64,000 nucleotides of DNA from Clostridia bacterium. GTDB taxonomy: Bacteria > Bacillota > Clostridia > Oscillospirales > CAG-272. This document shows positions 55,143-64,000 of this stretch, in pieces. Where the stretch lies: assembly GCA_017621755.1 (NCBI GenBank), contig JAGASL010000044.1, positions 66,803 through 130,802 on the forward strand, given 5' to 3'. Below the pieces are notes generated by a model. That model was not told the origin of the DNA, made no database searches, and was given only the letters and a program-made list of their open reading frames with translations. Each line of letters starts with the position of its first letter. The first letter of the stretch is position 1. Both the position numbers and the translations under genes were made by a program.

Positions 55143-55745
55143 ATGGAAGAAGAAAAAAAGCGCGTAAGCGCGTTAAATCTACCAAACATTCTTTCCATCC
55201 TGCGTATGCTGCTGGTGCCGTTTTTGGTATGGGCGGTGCTGGGCATGGATATGGATACCCCCCTTGGCAGGGTAATTCCCGCGGTGATCTTTGCCGTGAC
55301 CTCGTTTACCGATTTTTTAGACGGCTTTATTGCCCGCCGTTATGGGCTGGTTACCAATTTTGGCAAGTTTCTTGACCCCTTGGCCGATAAATTTATGGTG
55401 TTTGCCGCGCTGGTCACGCTGACCTATCGCTACACCTATCTTTCTGCCGCCTTTGTCTGGGTCACGGTGATCATTATGTTCCGCGAGCTGGCCGTTACAT
55501 CGCTGCGCCTGGTGGCCGCCGGGCAAAGCGGCAAGGTGATCGCGGCTGCCTGGTCCGGCAAGCTGAAGACCGTTTCGCAGATGCTGGGCATTCTGGTCAT
55601 CATTCTTGAGCCGCTTTGGGCGGGCGTGTACGGTGGCGTGCCCTACGCCTCTTACGGGATGATGGCATTAATGACCTTTACCACCCTGTGGTCAGGGTTA
55701 GATTACTTCCGTGCTTATCTGCCGGTGTTAGATCTGAATAAATGA
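55143..55745 (+). CDS. pgsA: CDP-diacylglycerol--glycerol-3-phosphate 3-phosphatidyltransferase
   Basis: CDP-alcohol phosphotransferase motif DFLDGFIARRYGLVTNFGKFLDPLADK. Confidence 0.9.
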   Translation: MEEEKKRVSALNLPNILSILRMLLVPFLVWAVLGMDMDTPLGRVIPAVIFAVTSFTDFLDGFIARRYGLVTNFGKFLDPLADKFMVFAALVTLTYRYTYLSAAFVWVTVIIMFRELAVTSLRLVAAGQSGKVIAAAWSGKLKTVSQMLGILVIILEPLWAGVYGGVPYASYGMMALMTFTTLWSGLDYFRAYLPVLDLNK

Positions 55746-55755
55746 GGTTAACGAT

Positions 55756-56598
55756 ATGTATAGCAGCCGTGTACAAGCAGCGTTGGCGGATGCCCTTGCA
55801 CGTATGGAGGGGCTTGTTGCCGCCCTGCCGGACGAGCCGGATGCGGCAGCACTGCGGATCCGCGAATACGTAAAAAAGGATATCAATTTCTATAAGGAGC
55901 ACGGGCCGATCAACATCGTGGTGGTGGGTGACAGCGTTTCCCACGGCAGCGTGGGGGGTGGCATCGGTAATTGCTACGATACGGTGTATCACAACCGCCT
56001 GCGGCTGATGATCAATCGCACCTGGCCGGGCATCCCCGTGAATATCATCAACACCGCCGTGGGCGGCGAATGCGCTTCTTATGCCGTTGCGCATTTCGGG
56101 CGGGACGTGCTGGCGCACCGGCCGGATCTGGTGATCGTTTGCTTCGGGCTGAATGACGTGAATCAGGAGGAAGAGGTCTTTCGCGCCAACCTTGGTCGCC
56201 TGTTTGACCTGTGCCGCGAAAACGGCCTGGATTGCGTTTACCTCTCTCCGAATATGCTGAACACCTACCGCGCCGAGGAAACAGAGCAGCGGTATTATGA
56301 TTACGCGCAAAAAACGGCGGATATGCAAAACGCCGGGCGTATGGACCGGTATATCGGTGCTGCCCGTGCGCTGGCCAGAGAACGGCATATCCCCGTGGCG
56401 GACGGCTATGCGGTATGGCGCGCGCTGTACGATGCCGGGGTAGATACCACGCTGCTGCTGGCCAACGTGATCAACCATCCGCTGCGCGAGCTGCACAGCT
56501 TGTTCTCACAGGTGCTTTTTCGTGCTATTTTCTCCATCCCGTACGGGGGCGCGGCCGGCGAGCAGGATGACGGCATGACGGCAGAGGCAAAAAAATAA
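55756..56598 (+). CDS. SGNH/GDSL-family hydrolase
   Basis: VVVGDSVSHG (block I), GLND (block III) and a C-terminal ...INHP block. Confidence 0.7.
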   Translation: MYSSRVQAALADALARMEGLVAALPDEPDAAALRIREYVKKDINFYKEHGPINIVVVGDSVSHGSVGGGIGNCYDTVYHNRLRLMINRTWPGIPVNIINTAVGGECASYAVAHFGRDVLAHRPDLVIVCFGLNDVNQEEEVFRANLGRLFDLCRENGLDCVYLSPNMLNTYRAEETEQRYYDYAQKTADMQNAGRMDRYIGAARALARERHIPVADGYAVWRALYDAGVDTTLLLANVINHPLRELHSLFSQVLFRAIFSIPYGGAAGEQDDGMTAEAKK

Positions 56599-56616
56599 AA
56601 AAATTTCAAAATTCTA

Positions 56617-56645
56617 TTTACAAATCAAAAAGAATGTGATATAAT
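56617..56645 (+). promoter_or_regulatory. sigma-A promoter of rpsO
   Basis: TTTACA, 17-nt spacer, TATAAT with a TGTGA extended -10 context. Confidence 0.65.
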
Positions 56646-56770
56646 ACTTTTGTTCCGCCCATCCCCGGACTGCGGGTTGCCGGCGCGCCGCAAGGCCATG
56701 CGTCGATTCACCCTGCCGCTGCCTGAGAATGTGGGGAATAAAAAATCATACCAAGAAAGGTGAAACAATC

Positions 56771-57034
56771 ATGCAGAAGGAAATTAAGCAGCAGATCATC
56801 GAGCAGTACAAGACCCACGAGGGTGATACCGGTTCCCCCGAGGTACAGGTAGCCGTTCTTACCTATCGTATCAACACCCTTACCGAGCACCTCAAGGCTA
56901 ACAAGAAGGACCATCACAGTCACCGCGGTCTTCTCCGCATGGTAGGTCACAGAAGAAGCCTTCTGAAGTACCTGCAGGAAAAGGATGTTACGCGTTACCG
57001 CGCTCTCATCGAGAAGTTGGGTCTGAGAAAGTAA
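56771..57034 (+). CDS. rpsO: 30S ribosomal protein S15
   Basis: [40 protein letters not shown]. Confidence 0.96.
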   Translation: MQKEIKQQIIEQYKTHEGDTGSPEVQVAVLTYRINTLTEHLKANKKDHHSHRGLLRMVGHRRSLLKYLQEKDVTRYRALIEKLGLRK

Positions 57035-57044
57035 GAAATAACCA

Positions 57045-57087
57045 AGCGGGGACGAAAACGATCGTTCCCGCTTTGGTGCTTTTTTTG
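57045..57087 (+). terminator. terminator/attenuator between rpsO and pnp
   Basis: AGCGGGGACG / CGTTCCCGCT stem followed by TTGGTGCTTTTTTT. Confidence 0.8.
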
Positions 57088-57204
57088 AAAACCACCGGTA
57101 GTGAGGAACTAGCAATTCACAACGCGCGCAAGCTGCGGCTTCCGCCCGTTGTCAAATGCTGGTCCTCCAAGCCGGAAAAAGAAAATAAAATGGAGGAAAC
57201 AAGA

Positions 57205-59304
57205 ATGTTTGAAAACTACAAGGTTTATCACTACACCTATGCCGGTCGTGAGCTGGTCGTAGAGACCGGTAAGGTAGCTGGTCTGGCAAATGGCTCTTGC
57301 CTGGTTCGCTATGGCGATACCGCGATCCTTTGCTGTGCCACCGCATCCCCGAAGCCGCGTGAGGGCATTGATTTTCTGCCCCTGTCGGTAGACTATGATG
57401 AGAAGATGTACGCCGTTGGCAAGATTCCCGGCGGCTTCACAAAGAGAGAGGGCAAGCCCACCGAGAAGGCCATTCTGACCTCTCGCGTGATCGACCGCCC
57501 TGTTCGCCCCCTGTTCCCGAAGGATCTGCGTAATGACGTTGCCCTGACCCTGACGGTTATGTCGGTGGACCAGGATTGCTCGCCCGAGATCACCGCTATG
57601 ATCGGTGCGTCTATCGCCCTGTCCATTTCCGATATTCCGTGGAACGGCCCGATCGCCGGTGCCTTCATCGGTATGGTAGACGGCCAGTACGTGGTCAACC
57701 CCACTCTTGCCGAGCGTGAGAAGAGCGTGCTGGAGCTGACCGTTGCCGCCAGCGAAAAGAAGGTCGTTATGATCGAGGCTGGCGCCAAGGAGGTATCCGA
57801 CGAGGATATGTTCAACGCCATCATGCTGGCACACGAGGAATGCAAGAAGGTTGTTGCCTTCATCAACACCATCGTTGCCGAGATCGGTAAGGACAAGTTC
57901 AGCTACCCCTCCGGCGAGCTGGATCACGATATGTTTGACGAGATCTTTGCTTATTGCGAGAACGCAGTGATGGAAGCACTGGATACCGACGACAAGAACG
58001 TTCGCGATGCCAAGATGCAGCCCATTCAGGACGATATCGTAGAGAAGTTTGCCGAAAAGTACCCGGATATTGCCGTTGTACTGCCCGAGCTGATCTATAA
58101 GATCCAGAAGAAGATCGTTCGCCGCTGGCTGCTTTGCGATAAGAAGCGTGTTGACGGCCGTCGCATGGACGAGATCCGCCCGCTGGCTGCCGAGGTTGGC
58201 GTTCTGCCCCGTACGCACGGCACCGGTCTCTTCACCCGTGGCCAGACCCAGGCTCTGACCATTGCTACCCTTGGCCCGATCAGCGACGCACAGCGTCTTG
58301 AGGGTCTGGATACCGAGGATTCTAAGCGCTACATGCACCATTACAATATGCCCGGCTACTCGACTGGTGAGGCCAAGGCTCTGCGTAGCCCCGGCCGCCG
58401 CGAGATTGGCCACGGCGCCCTGGCTGAGCGTTCGCTTCTGCCCGTTCTGCCGACCGTTGAGGAATTCCCCTATGCCATTCGTCTGGTATCTGAGATCCTT
58501 TCCTCCAACGGCTCTACCTCGCAGGCCTCTGTCTGCGGCTCTACGCTGGCACTGATGGATGCCGGTGTTCCGATCTCGGCTCCCGTTGCCGGCATCTCCT
58601 GCGGTCTGATCACTGCAGAGGACGGTTCCTTCGATACCATGATCGACATCCAGGGTCTTGAGGACTTCTACGGCGATATGGACTTCAAGGTAGCCGGTAC
58701 GCACAAGGGTATCACCGCCATTCAGATGGATCTGAAGATCGACGGTCTGACCCCTGAGATCATTAAGAACGCGCTTGAGACCACCCATAAGGGCCGTGAC
58801 TATATCATCGATGAGATCATTCTCAAGGCGATCCCCGCTCCTCGCGCAGACGTTTCCGAATACGCGCCCAAGATGATCACCATGAAGATCGCGGTCGATA
58901 AGATCCGCGAGGTGATCGGTACGGGCGGTAAGGTGATTCAGAAGATCACCGCTGATACCGGTGCCAAGATCGATATTGAGGATGATGGCTCTATCTTTAT
59001 CTCGGCTGTCAACCGTGACAGCGCCGATGCCGCAAAGAAGATCATTGATGGTATCGTGTTCGAGCCGGAGGTAGGCGCTACCTATGAGGCAACTGTAACC
59101 CGCATTATCCCGATCGGCGCATTCGTTGAGTACGCCCCGGGCAAGGAGGGGCTGGTTCACATCTCCAAGCTGCAGCAGCAGCGCACCGAGAAGGTAGAGG
59201 ACGTGGTAGCCGTTGGTGACCGTGTTCGCGTTAAGTTCCTCGGCATTGACGAGAAGGGCCGTTCTAATCTTTCGATGAAGGATGCTGCCCCGGTAGAAGA
59301 ATAA
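57205..59304 (+). CDS. pnp: polyribonucleotide nucleotidyltransferase (PNPase)
   Basis: Two RNase PH domains, then KH and S1. GGAGGAA lies 6 nt upstream of ATG 57205. Confidence 0.96.
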   Translation: MFENYKVYHYTYAGRELVVETGKVAGLANGSCLVRYGDTAILCCATASPKPREGIDFLPLSVDYDEKMYAVGKIPGGFTKREGKPTEKAILTSRVIDRPVRPLFPKDLRNDVALTLTVMSVDQDCSPEITAMIGASIALSISDIPWNGPIAGAFIGMVDGQYVVNPTLAEREKSVLELTVAASEKKVVMIEAGAKEVSDEDMFNAIMLAHEECKKVVAFINTIVAEIGKDKFSYPSGELDHDMFDEIFAYCENAVMEALDTDDKNVRDAKMQPIQDDIVEKFAEKYPDIAVVLPELIYKIQKKIVRRWLLCDKKRVDGRRMDEIRPLAAEVGVLPRTHGTGLFTRGQTQALTIATLGPISDAQRLEGLDTEDSKRYMHHYNMPGYSTGEAKALRSPGRREIGHGALAERSLLPVLPTVEEFPYAIRLVSEILSSNGSTSQASVCGSTLALMDAGVPISAPVAGISCGLITAEDGSFDTMIDIQGLEDFYGDMDFKVAGTHKGITAIQMDLKIDGLTPEIIKNALETTHKGRDYIIDEIILKAIPAPRADVSEYAPKMITMKIAVDKIREVIGTGGKVIQKITADTGAKIDIEDDGSIFISAVNRDSADAAKKIIDGIVFEPEVGATYEATVTRIIPIGAFVEYAPGKEGLVHISKLQQQRTEKVEDVVAVGDRVRVKFLGIDEKGRSNLSMKDAAPVEE

Positions 59305-59312
59305 GCATTTCG

Positions 59313-59348
59313 TCGGATAGCGTCTTTGACGGCGCTATCCGATCTTTA
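59313..59348 (+). terminator. hairpin after pnp
   Basis: TCGGATAGCG / CGCTATCCGA stem. The U-tail is weak. Confidence 0.55.
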
Positions 59349-59369
59349 TAACAGGGAAGGGAGCGGGCT

Positions 59370-60335
59370 ATGCAGATAGGCCAGCACGTCCTGCCGCACG
59401 GCCTGTGTCTTGGCCCGATGGCAGGCTTTACCGATCACGCCATGCGCGCAGGCTGCCATGAAAGAGGGGCGGAATATACCGTTACCGAAATGGTGTCCGC
59501 CAAGGCTGTCTGCTATGGGGATAAAAAGACGCCGCTGCTGGCGCGTGTTTACCCAGAGGACGGAGTGTGCGCCGTGCAGCTATTCGGATCTGAGGAATAT
59601 TATTTGGCAGAGGCAGCACGGCGTTTAACAGACGGCTGTGCCGGCGGTGTGATGCCGGCTGCCTTTGATATCAATATGGGCTGTCCGGTGCCCAAGGTTG
59701 CCGGCAACGGCGAGGGCAGCGCCCTGATGAAGGATCCCACCCTTGTCGAGCGGCTGGTAGCCGCCGTGGCAAAGGCCACGCCGCTGCCAGTCACGGTCAA
59801 GATCCGCTCTGGGTGGGATGCAGCGCATATCAACGCGCCGGAGGTAGCCCGCGCAGCCGAGGCAGGTGGCGCCTCAGCCGTGTTCGTTCACGCGCGCACA
59901 CGCACCGCTATGTATAGTGGCCGGGCAGATTACCGCGTGATCGCCGCCGTTAAGGCAGCAGTCTCCGTGCCTGTGGTTGGAAACGGCGACGTGGTGGATG
60001 GCGAAAGCGCCCTGCGCCTTCTACGTGAGACGGGGTGCGACGGCGTTATGGTTGGTCGTGCTGCCGTGGGAAATCCCTTTATTTTTGAAGAAATTTTGGC
60101 CGCGCTGGAGAAAAGACCCTATACGCGCCCGTGCGGCGAGGCCTATTATCAGGCCGCCCTTGCGCAGCTGCATATGCGCGCTGCCGAAAAGGGCGAGGCC
60201 GCTGCCGTGCGTGAATCGCGCAAGCAGATGGCTATGTTTGTGCACAGCTTCCCGGCGGCGGCGGCCTGCCGCGCCCGGATCCACGAGGCGGCTACTGTAG
60301 CGGAAATGGCAGATATTTTGTCTGTTTTGCGTTAA
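59370..60335 (+). CDS. tRNA-dihydrouridine synthase
   Basis: LGPMAGFTD, DINMGCP and VTVKIR motifs of Dus enzymes. Confidence 0.85.
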   Translation: MQIGQHVLPHGLCLGPMAGFTDHAMRAGCHERGAEYTVTEMVSAKAVCYGDKKTPLLARVYPEDGVCAVQLFGSEEYYLAEAARRLTDGCAGGVMPAAFDINMGCPVPKVAGNGEGSALMKDPTLVERLVAAVAKATPLPVTVKIRSGWDAAHINAPEVARAAEAGGASAVFVHARTRTAMYSGRADYRVIAAVKAAVSVPVVGNGDVVDGESALRLLRETGCDGVMVGRAAVGNPFIFEEILAALEKRPYTRPCGEAYYQAALAQLHMRAAEKGEAAAVRESRKQMAMFVHSFPAAAACRARIHEAATVAEMADILSVLR

Positions 60336-60357
60336 AAAAGACATTTGGAGGTATTTT

Positions 60358-60993
60358 ATGCGTATTCTTCGTGTACTGATCTCATCCTTTTTGGCCGGTA
60401 TTATGATCGCCATTGGCGGCAGCGTTTACCTGTCTGTTGAAAACAAGGTAGCCGGCGCGCTGTTGTTTTCGGTTGGCCTGTTTTCTATTCTGATGTTCCG
60501 TCTGCATCTCTATACGGGCAAGATCTGCTACGTTGTCTCCGGCGAGGGGAAGTGGCAGATCCGCGTGTTAGAGGTGATCACCACCTTAGTAGGCAACACG
60601 CTTGGAGCCGGTATGACGGGCCTCTTGCTATCAGAGAAGCTGATGGCCACCGCCGCCCTGCCGCTTGTTGAGAAAAAACTGGCTATTCCGCTTGCTTTGG
60701 TGTTTGTGTACGCCATTTATTGCGGCATTTTGATCTACGTAGCCGTTGAGGCCTTCCGCACGGTGAAGGAGGGCGCTCTGAAGGCGGCTATCGTGTTCCT
60801 GTGCGTTTCTGTCTTTATCCTGTCCGGCTTTGAGCATTCAATTGCCGATATCTTCTATTTCTTTGCTGCTCGTTCACTGGGCCTGCCCTCTATTTTGTTC
60901 TTGCTGGTGGTGGTTCTCGGCAATACGGTCGGCGGTATTCTGTTCTGCGAGCTGCATCGGCTCTATAACCGCATGGCAGAGCGTGCGCAGTAA
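60358..60993 (+). CDS. formate/nitrite transporter (FNT) family-like membrane protein, short form
   Basis: 6 TM helices with the SGFEHSIAD signature-like motif. Confidence 0.65.
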   Translation: MRILRVLISSFLAGIMIAIGGSVYLSVENKVAGALLFSVGLFSILMFRLHLYTGKICYVVSGEGKWQIRVLEVITTLVGNTLGAGMTGLLLSEKLMATAALPLVEKKLAIPLALVFVYAIYCGILIYVAVEAFRTVKEGALKAAIVFLCVSVFILSGFEHSIADIFYFFAARSLGLPSILFLLVVVLGNTVGGILFCELHRLYNRMAERAQ

Positions 60994-61058
60994 TGCTGCT
61001 CTTGCGACAAAATTCACGAAATTTTTGCATTCTGCGCAAGAAAAACACCCTGCGCCCC

Positions 61059-61087
61059 TTGACAGATACCGTGAAAAAAGGTATAAT
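61059..61087 (+). promoter_or_regulatory. sigma-A consensus promoter of the cpsB-C-D-like module
   Basis: TTGACA, 17-nt spacer, TATAAT. Confidence 0.75.
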
Positions 61088-61128
61088 ATTTTTGACCTGA
61101 TTTCTATAAATAAGGTAGGGGAATACTC

Positions 61129-61866
61129 ATGCCAAAGCTGGCAGATTTGCACAATCACGCGCTCTACGGCGTTGATGATGGCGCAAGATCGCTTGCGGAT
61201 ACAGAGGCCATGCTGGCCGTCTCGTATGCCGAGGGGGTTCGTGCGCTGTGTCTGACGCCGCATGCCGGTCATCCGCACTTTCATGAAGCAAGCGAGGTGC
61301 AGGCGCATTACCGGGCTGTGCAGCAGCTTTGCCTTGAGAAATTTCCTGAGCTGACCCTGTATTTGGGTAGCGAGATATATGGCTACCGTGATTGCTTAGA
61401 TCGATTGGTTGCCGGTCGGTATCATCCGCTGGGAAACGGCAGCGCCGTGCTGGTGGAATTTGATTTAGACATCTCCTTCCGCGAAATGTGCAATTTCTTT
61501 CTTGCCTGCCGCGGGGCGGGGTATTACCCCGTTTTGGCACATGCTGAACGATATGAATGCCTTTCGCAGGATATCGGTCACGTGCAGGAGCTCTCCAATA
61601 TGCGGGTCATGATCCAGATCAACGCATCCTCTATTCCCCATCGACTGTTTGCCTCGCGGCACGCGCGCCTTGCGCACCGTATGATGGAGGTTGGGCTGGT
61701 GGATATCGTTGCCTCGGATGCGCATGATGTAAAAAGTCGGCCACCGCAGCTGCTATACGCTTACCAAACGGTGGAAAAGCAGTATGGTGCCGCAAGAGCC
61801 GCAAGGCTTTTTTATGAAACACCGCAGCGCTTGCTGGCCGGTGAACAAAGAAAGGAACGCTTATGA
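61129..61866 (+). CDS. CpsB/YwqE-type PHP-family tyrosine-protein phosphatase
   Basis: DLHNHALYGVDDGA, TPH, AHAERY and ASDAHD metal-binding motifs. Confidence 0.8.
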   Translation: MPKLADLHNHALYGVDDGARSLADTEAMLAVSYAEGVRALCLTPHAGHPHFHEASEVQAHYRAVQQLCLEKFPELTLYLGSEIYGYRDCLDRLVAGRYHPLGNGSAVLVEFDLDISFREMCNFFLACRGAGYYPVLAHAERYECLSQDIGHVQELSNMRVMIQINASSIPHRLFASRHARLAHRMMEVGLVDIVASDAHDVKSRPPQLLYAYQTVEKQYGAARAARLFYETPQRLLAGEQRKERL

Positions 61867-62567
61867 ACAACCAGTATGAAAATGTAGCGGCGGCAGAGGT
61901 AGAGGAGGAGCGCGTAGTCGATTTGCGCGAGCTATTCTCGGTTCTTCTCTCTAAGGCGCTGTGGATCCTGCTTTGCATGGCCATTTGTGTGGCCGGTGCC
62001 ATCATCTATACCAAGGCCTTCTTGAAGCCGCAGTACAGATCTACCGCTGTCATCTATGTTAATGATGGTACGATGTCTAATACCGGTAGCGTGGCCGTGG
62101 CTACCTATCTGGCAGAGGACTATGCCAAGACGATTAAGCTGGAGACGGTATTAAAGACCTCGATGGCCGAGCTGGGCATTACCAACATGTCCCACACGGC
62201 GCTTGCCTCTCGCATCAGCGTATCGCTGGAGGAGGAGAGCCGTATCGTGGTGATTTCTTTAACGGATGAATCGCCCGCTCGTGCACAAACGCTTTGCAAT
62301 AAGATCTGCGAGGTGTCTAAGGTTCGCTTTGAGCAGATGACTGACGTTGAGCGTGTTTCGATCTATGAGGAGGCTACCTTCCCGGCAGGCCCCTCTGGCC
62401 CCAGCCTGATGACAAACGTCATCCTTGGTGCCATGATCGGTCTGGTTCTGCCCTGTGCCGTAATCCTGCTGATCTATATGATCGATGACCGTATCAAGAC
62501 CCCAGAGGATGTGCAGCGCACGCTGAAGCTCAGTACGCTGGGCAATATCCCGTTTCACAAGGACTAA
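61863..62567 (+). CDS. Wzz/CpsC-type chain-length determinant (BY-kinase modulator)
   Basis: Two TM helices flank an extracellular domain. ATGA overlap with the phosphatase gene. Confidence 0.75.
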   Translation: MNNQYENVAAAEVEEERVVDLRELFSVLLSKALWILLCMAICVAGAIIYTKAFLKPQYRSTAVIYVNDGTMSNTGSVAVATYLAEDYAKTIKLETVLKTSMAELGITNMSHTALASRISVSLEEESRIVVISLTDESPARAQTLCNKICEVSKVRFEQMTDVERVSIYEEATFPAGPSGPSLMTNVILGAMIGLVLPCAVILLIYMIDDRIKTPEDVQRTLKLSTLGNIPFHKD

Positions 62568-62581
62568 GGGAGGGCTGCAAC

Positions 62582-63316
62582 ATGATGGAAGAAACGATTA
62601 TTACCAGAGCACCCCATAGCAAAAAGGGGTATAATAAGATCGAGCTGCAGGATTTTTCTATCGGCAGCTACAGCAGAAGCGAGGCCTATAAGACACTGCG
62701 TACGAACCTGATGTTCTGCGGCAGCGATAAAAAGGTGATCGGCTTTACCAGCTGTGACCCCGCAGAGGGAAAATCTACCACGGTCATTCACCTTGCCCGC
62801 GCGCTGACCGAGATCGGCAAGCGCGTTCTGCTGGTGGATGCGGATATGCGCCGTTCCATGCTGGCTGCCCGTTATGGCGGCGTTGGCATTCAAAGCGGCC
62901 TTAGCCAATTCCTTTCCGGCCAGGTGGAAAAGGAGGATGTGATCTACGAGACGCAGTATCCTGGTCTCCACATCATTTTTGCCGGCTACTACCCGCCCAA
63001 CCCGGTTGAGCTGCTGGATAGCGACCGCTTCCGCGCATTGATCGCCGAGGTACGGGAAGAATATGATTACGTGCTGATCGATAATCCGCCCGTTGTTGGC
63101 ATTGTAGACGCTGTGGTTACGGCTAAGTGCAGCGATGGTATGATCATCGTTATCGCTAAGGGCATGGATAGTGCCCGCCAGGTAAAGAACTGCAAGCAGC
63201 AGTTAGAAAAGACCGGCACGTCTGTTCTTGGTGTGGTTTTGAACGCCACCAGCCGCCGTGAGGTGTACGGCAAGCGCAATAAGTATTATTACAATAAATA
63301 CTACACCGCCGAATGA
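62582..63316 (+). CDS. CpsD/CapB-type BY tyrosine kinase (intact)
   Basis: Walker A DPAEGKST, Walker A' VLLVDADMRRS, Walker B YVLIDNPPV and the C-terminal YGKRNKYYYNKYY tyrosine cluster. Confidence 0.85.
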   Translation: MMEETIITRAPHSKKGYNKIELQDFSIGSYSRSEAYKTLRTNLMFCGSDKKVIGFTSCDPAEGKSTTVIHLARALTEIGKRVLLVDADMRRSMLAARYGGVGIQSGLSQFLSGQVEKEDVIYETQYPGLHIIFAGYYPPNPVELLDSDRFRALIAEVREEYDYVLIDNPPVVGIVDAVVTAKCSDGMIIVIAKGMDSARQVKNCKQQLEKTGTSVLGVVLNATSRREVYGKRNKYYYNKYYTAE

Positions 63317-63350
63317 ACCGGGCATCAGCCCCGATAAAAGGTGGTTATCA

Positions 63351-63377
63351 AAAAGGGGCTGTTAAGCCCCTTTTTGC
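63351..63377 (+). terminator. intrinsic terminator
   Basis: AAAAGGGGCT / AGCCCCTTTT stem followed by TT. Confidence 0.75.
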
Positions 63378-63389
63378 AATTGAGGTGCT

Positions 63390-64000
63390 ATGCAATCTAC
63401 GTTCCAGCAAGATCCGGCCTATGCCGCGCTGCTTGAAACCATGGCCTGCAACCGCGAATACGTTCGCCTGCTGGCCGCCTACCTGAATGAATGCCCCTGC
63501 CTGGTAACGCCGGCCTTGATCGGTGAGCTGACTGCCTCTTGCGCGGTGAGCGAGCGCGAGGCCTTTTGTGCCATCCTTTCGGCTGCCTTCGGTTGGGAGG
63601 AGGAAGAGCGCGCGCGTGACCGGCGCCTGTATCAGCAGTATCTTTTGCCCTCGGTACGTCAGCTGGATGCTACCGCTTATCAAGCCGACCCGTATTACGC
63701 CAACATTCGCATCCCGGATAAGCGATGCGGGCGGTGGCACTTAAAAATGGCAAGCTACGCCCCGTATGAGGGCTTTGTTGCCGGCCCGCTATCGGTAGAT
63801 GGGCAGCTGCGTGAGGTACCGCCCATCGGCTATTTTGCAGAGGGCTTTTCCTACCCCATGGTATTAGAGGATGGCGTAGAATGGATGGCCATCAAGCCTA
63901 ATGAGATCGAGACGATGCGCCGCCCGATCGAGCAGGCGCACGGCCGCGTGCTGGCCTATGGTCTTGGGCTTGGCTATTTTGCCTATATGGCCGCCCGCAA
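63390..64000 (+). CDS. 5' part of a probable class I SAM-dependent methyltransferase (runs off the window)
   Basis: The frame is open from ATG 63390 to the window end and is not in the ORF track because it has no stop. It ends with GRVLAYGLGLGYFAYM, a motif-I-like glycine loop. Confidence 0.45.
   Translation, partial: MQSTFQQDPAYAALLETMACNREYVRLLAAYLNECPCLVTPALIGELTASCAVSEREAFCAILSAAFGWEEEERARDRRLYQQYLLPSVRQLDATAYQADPYYANIRIPDKRCGRWHLKMASYAPYEGFVAGPLSVDGQLREVPPIGYFAEGFSYPMVLEDGVEWMAIKPNEIETMRRPIEQAHGRVLAYGLGLGYFAYMAAR

Noticed and set aside
57109-59160. 683-aa ORF antisense to pnp
   Set aside because: It is a shadow ORF opposite a certain PNPase gene. No RBS or recognisable domain is present.
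60995-61030. Similarity between TGCGACAAAATTCACGAAATTTTTGC (after the FNT-like gene) and 16173-16207 inside the nested-repeat element; also AGTGCTCACT + CATAGGGCGC shared by 20478-20500 and the element, and CATAGGGCGC at ~790
   Set aside because: There are roughly 22/25 matches in an AT-rich low-complexity context. By a rough estimate, such matches are expected by chance about once in 64 kb on both strands. It could be a degenerate repeat family, but this window alone cannot support that. A genome-wide search would be needed.

Overview
This 64-kb chromosomal window comes from a high-GC, endospore-forming Clostridia-type Firmicute. That inference rests on spoIIAA-spoIIAB-sigF, a complete spoIIIAA-AH operon, CIRCE-controlled groES-groEL, an RNase P RNA and a TPP riboswitch-thiT unit. 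It looks like an Oscillospiraceae/Ruminococcaceae-type gut anaerobe, but that cannot be proven here. There are about 70 protein genes. Most are core housekeeping (secG-rnr, groESL, prfB, trmK-nif3, murD, typA, rimO-pgsA, rpsO-pnp, dusB). Small accessory pockets are interleaved: a 1035-aa secreted metallophosphoesterase/repeat surface protein, two tandem GH2 glycosidases plus a GH28, two capsule-type Wzz/BY-kinase modules (one degenerate), an AT-rich SLOG+HTH islet, and a His-rich-protein/MacB-type ABC/lipoprotein operon. I saw no rRNA, tRNA, CRISPR array, transposase, integrase or recognisable phage/defence cassette. The only restriction-modification-like gene is truncated by the left window edge. 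Four things stand out from the sequence. (i) The His-rich + MacB-type ABC + lipoprotein operon at 48.3-51.6 kb. (ii) A 276-bp nested inverted-repeat element sitting exactly between trmK and its nif3 partner (16080-16355). (iii) An orphan promoter-terminator unit (candidate sRNA) back-to-back with an XRE gene at 12.9-13.15 kb. (iv) A BY-kinase paralogue lacking Walker A, Walker B and the Tyr cluster, coupled to typA. None of these is proven novel. Start codons are my RBS-based choices, and all family names come from motif recognition by eye, not from database searches.
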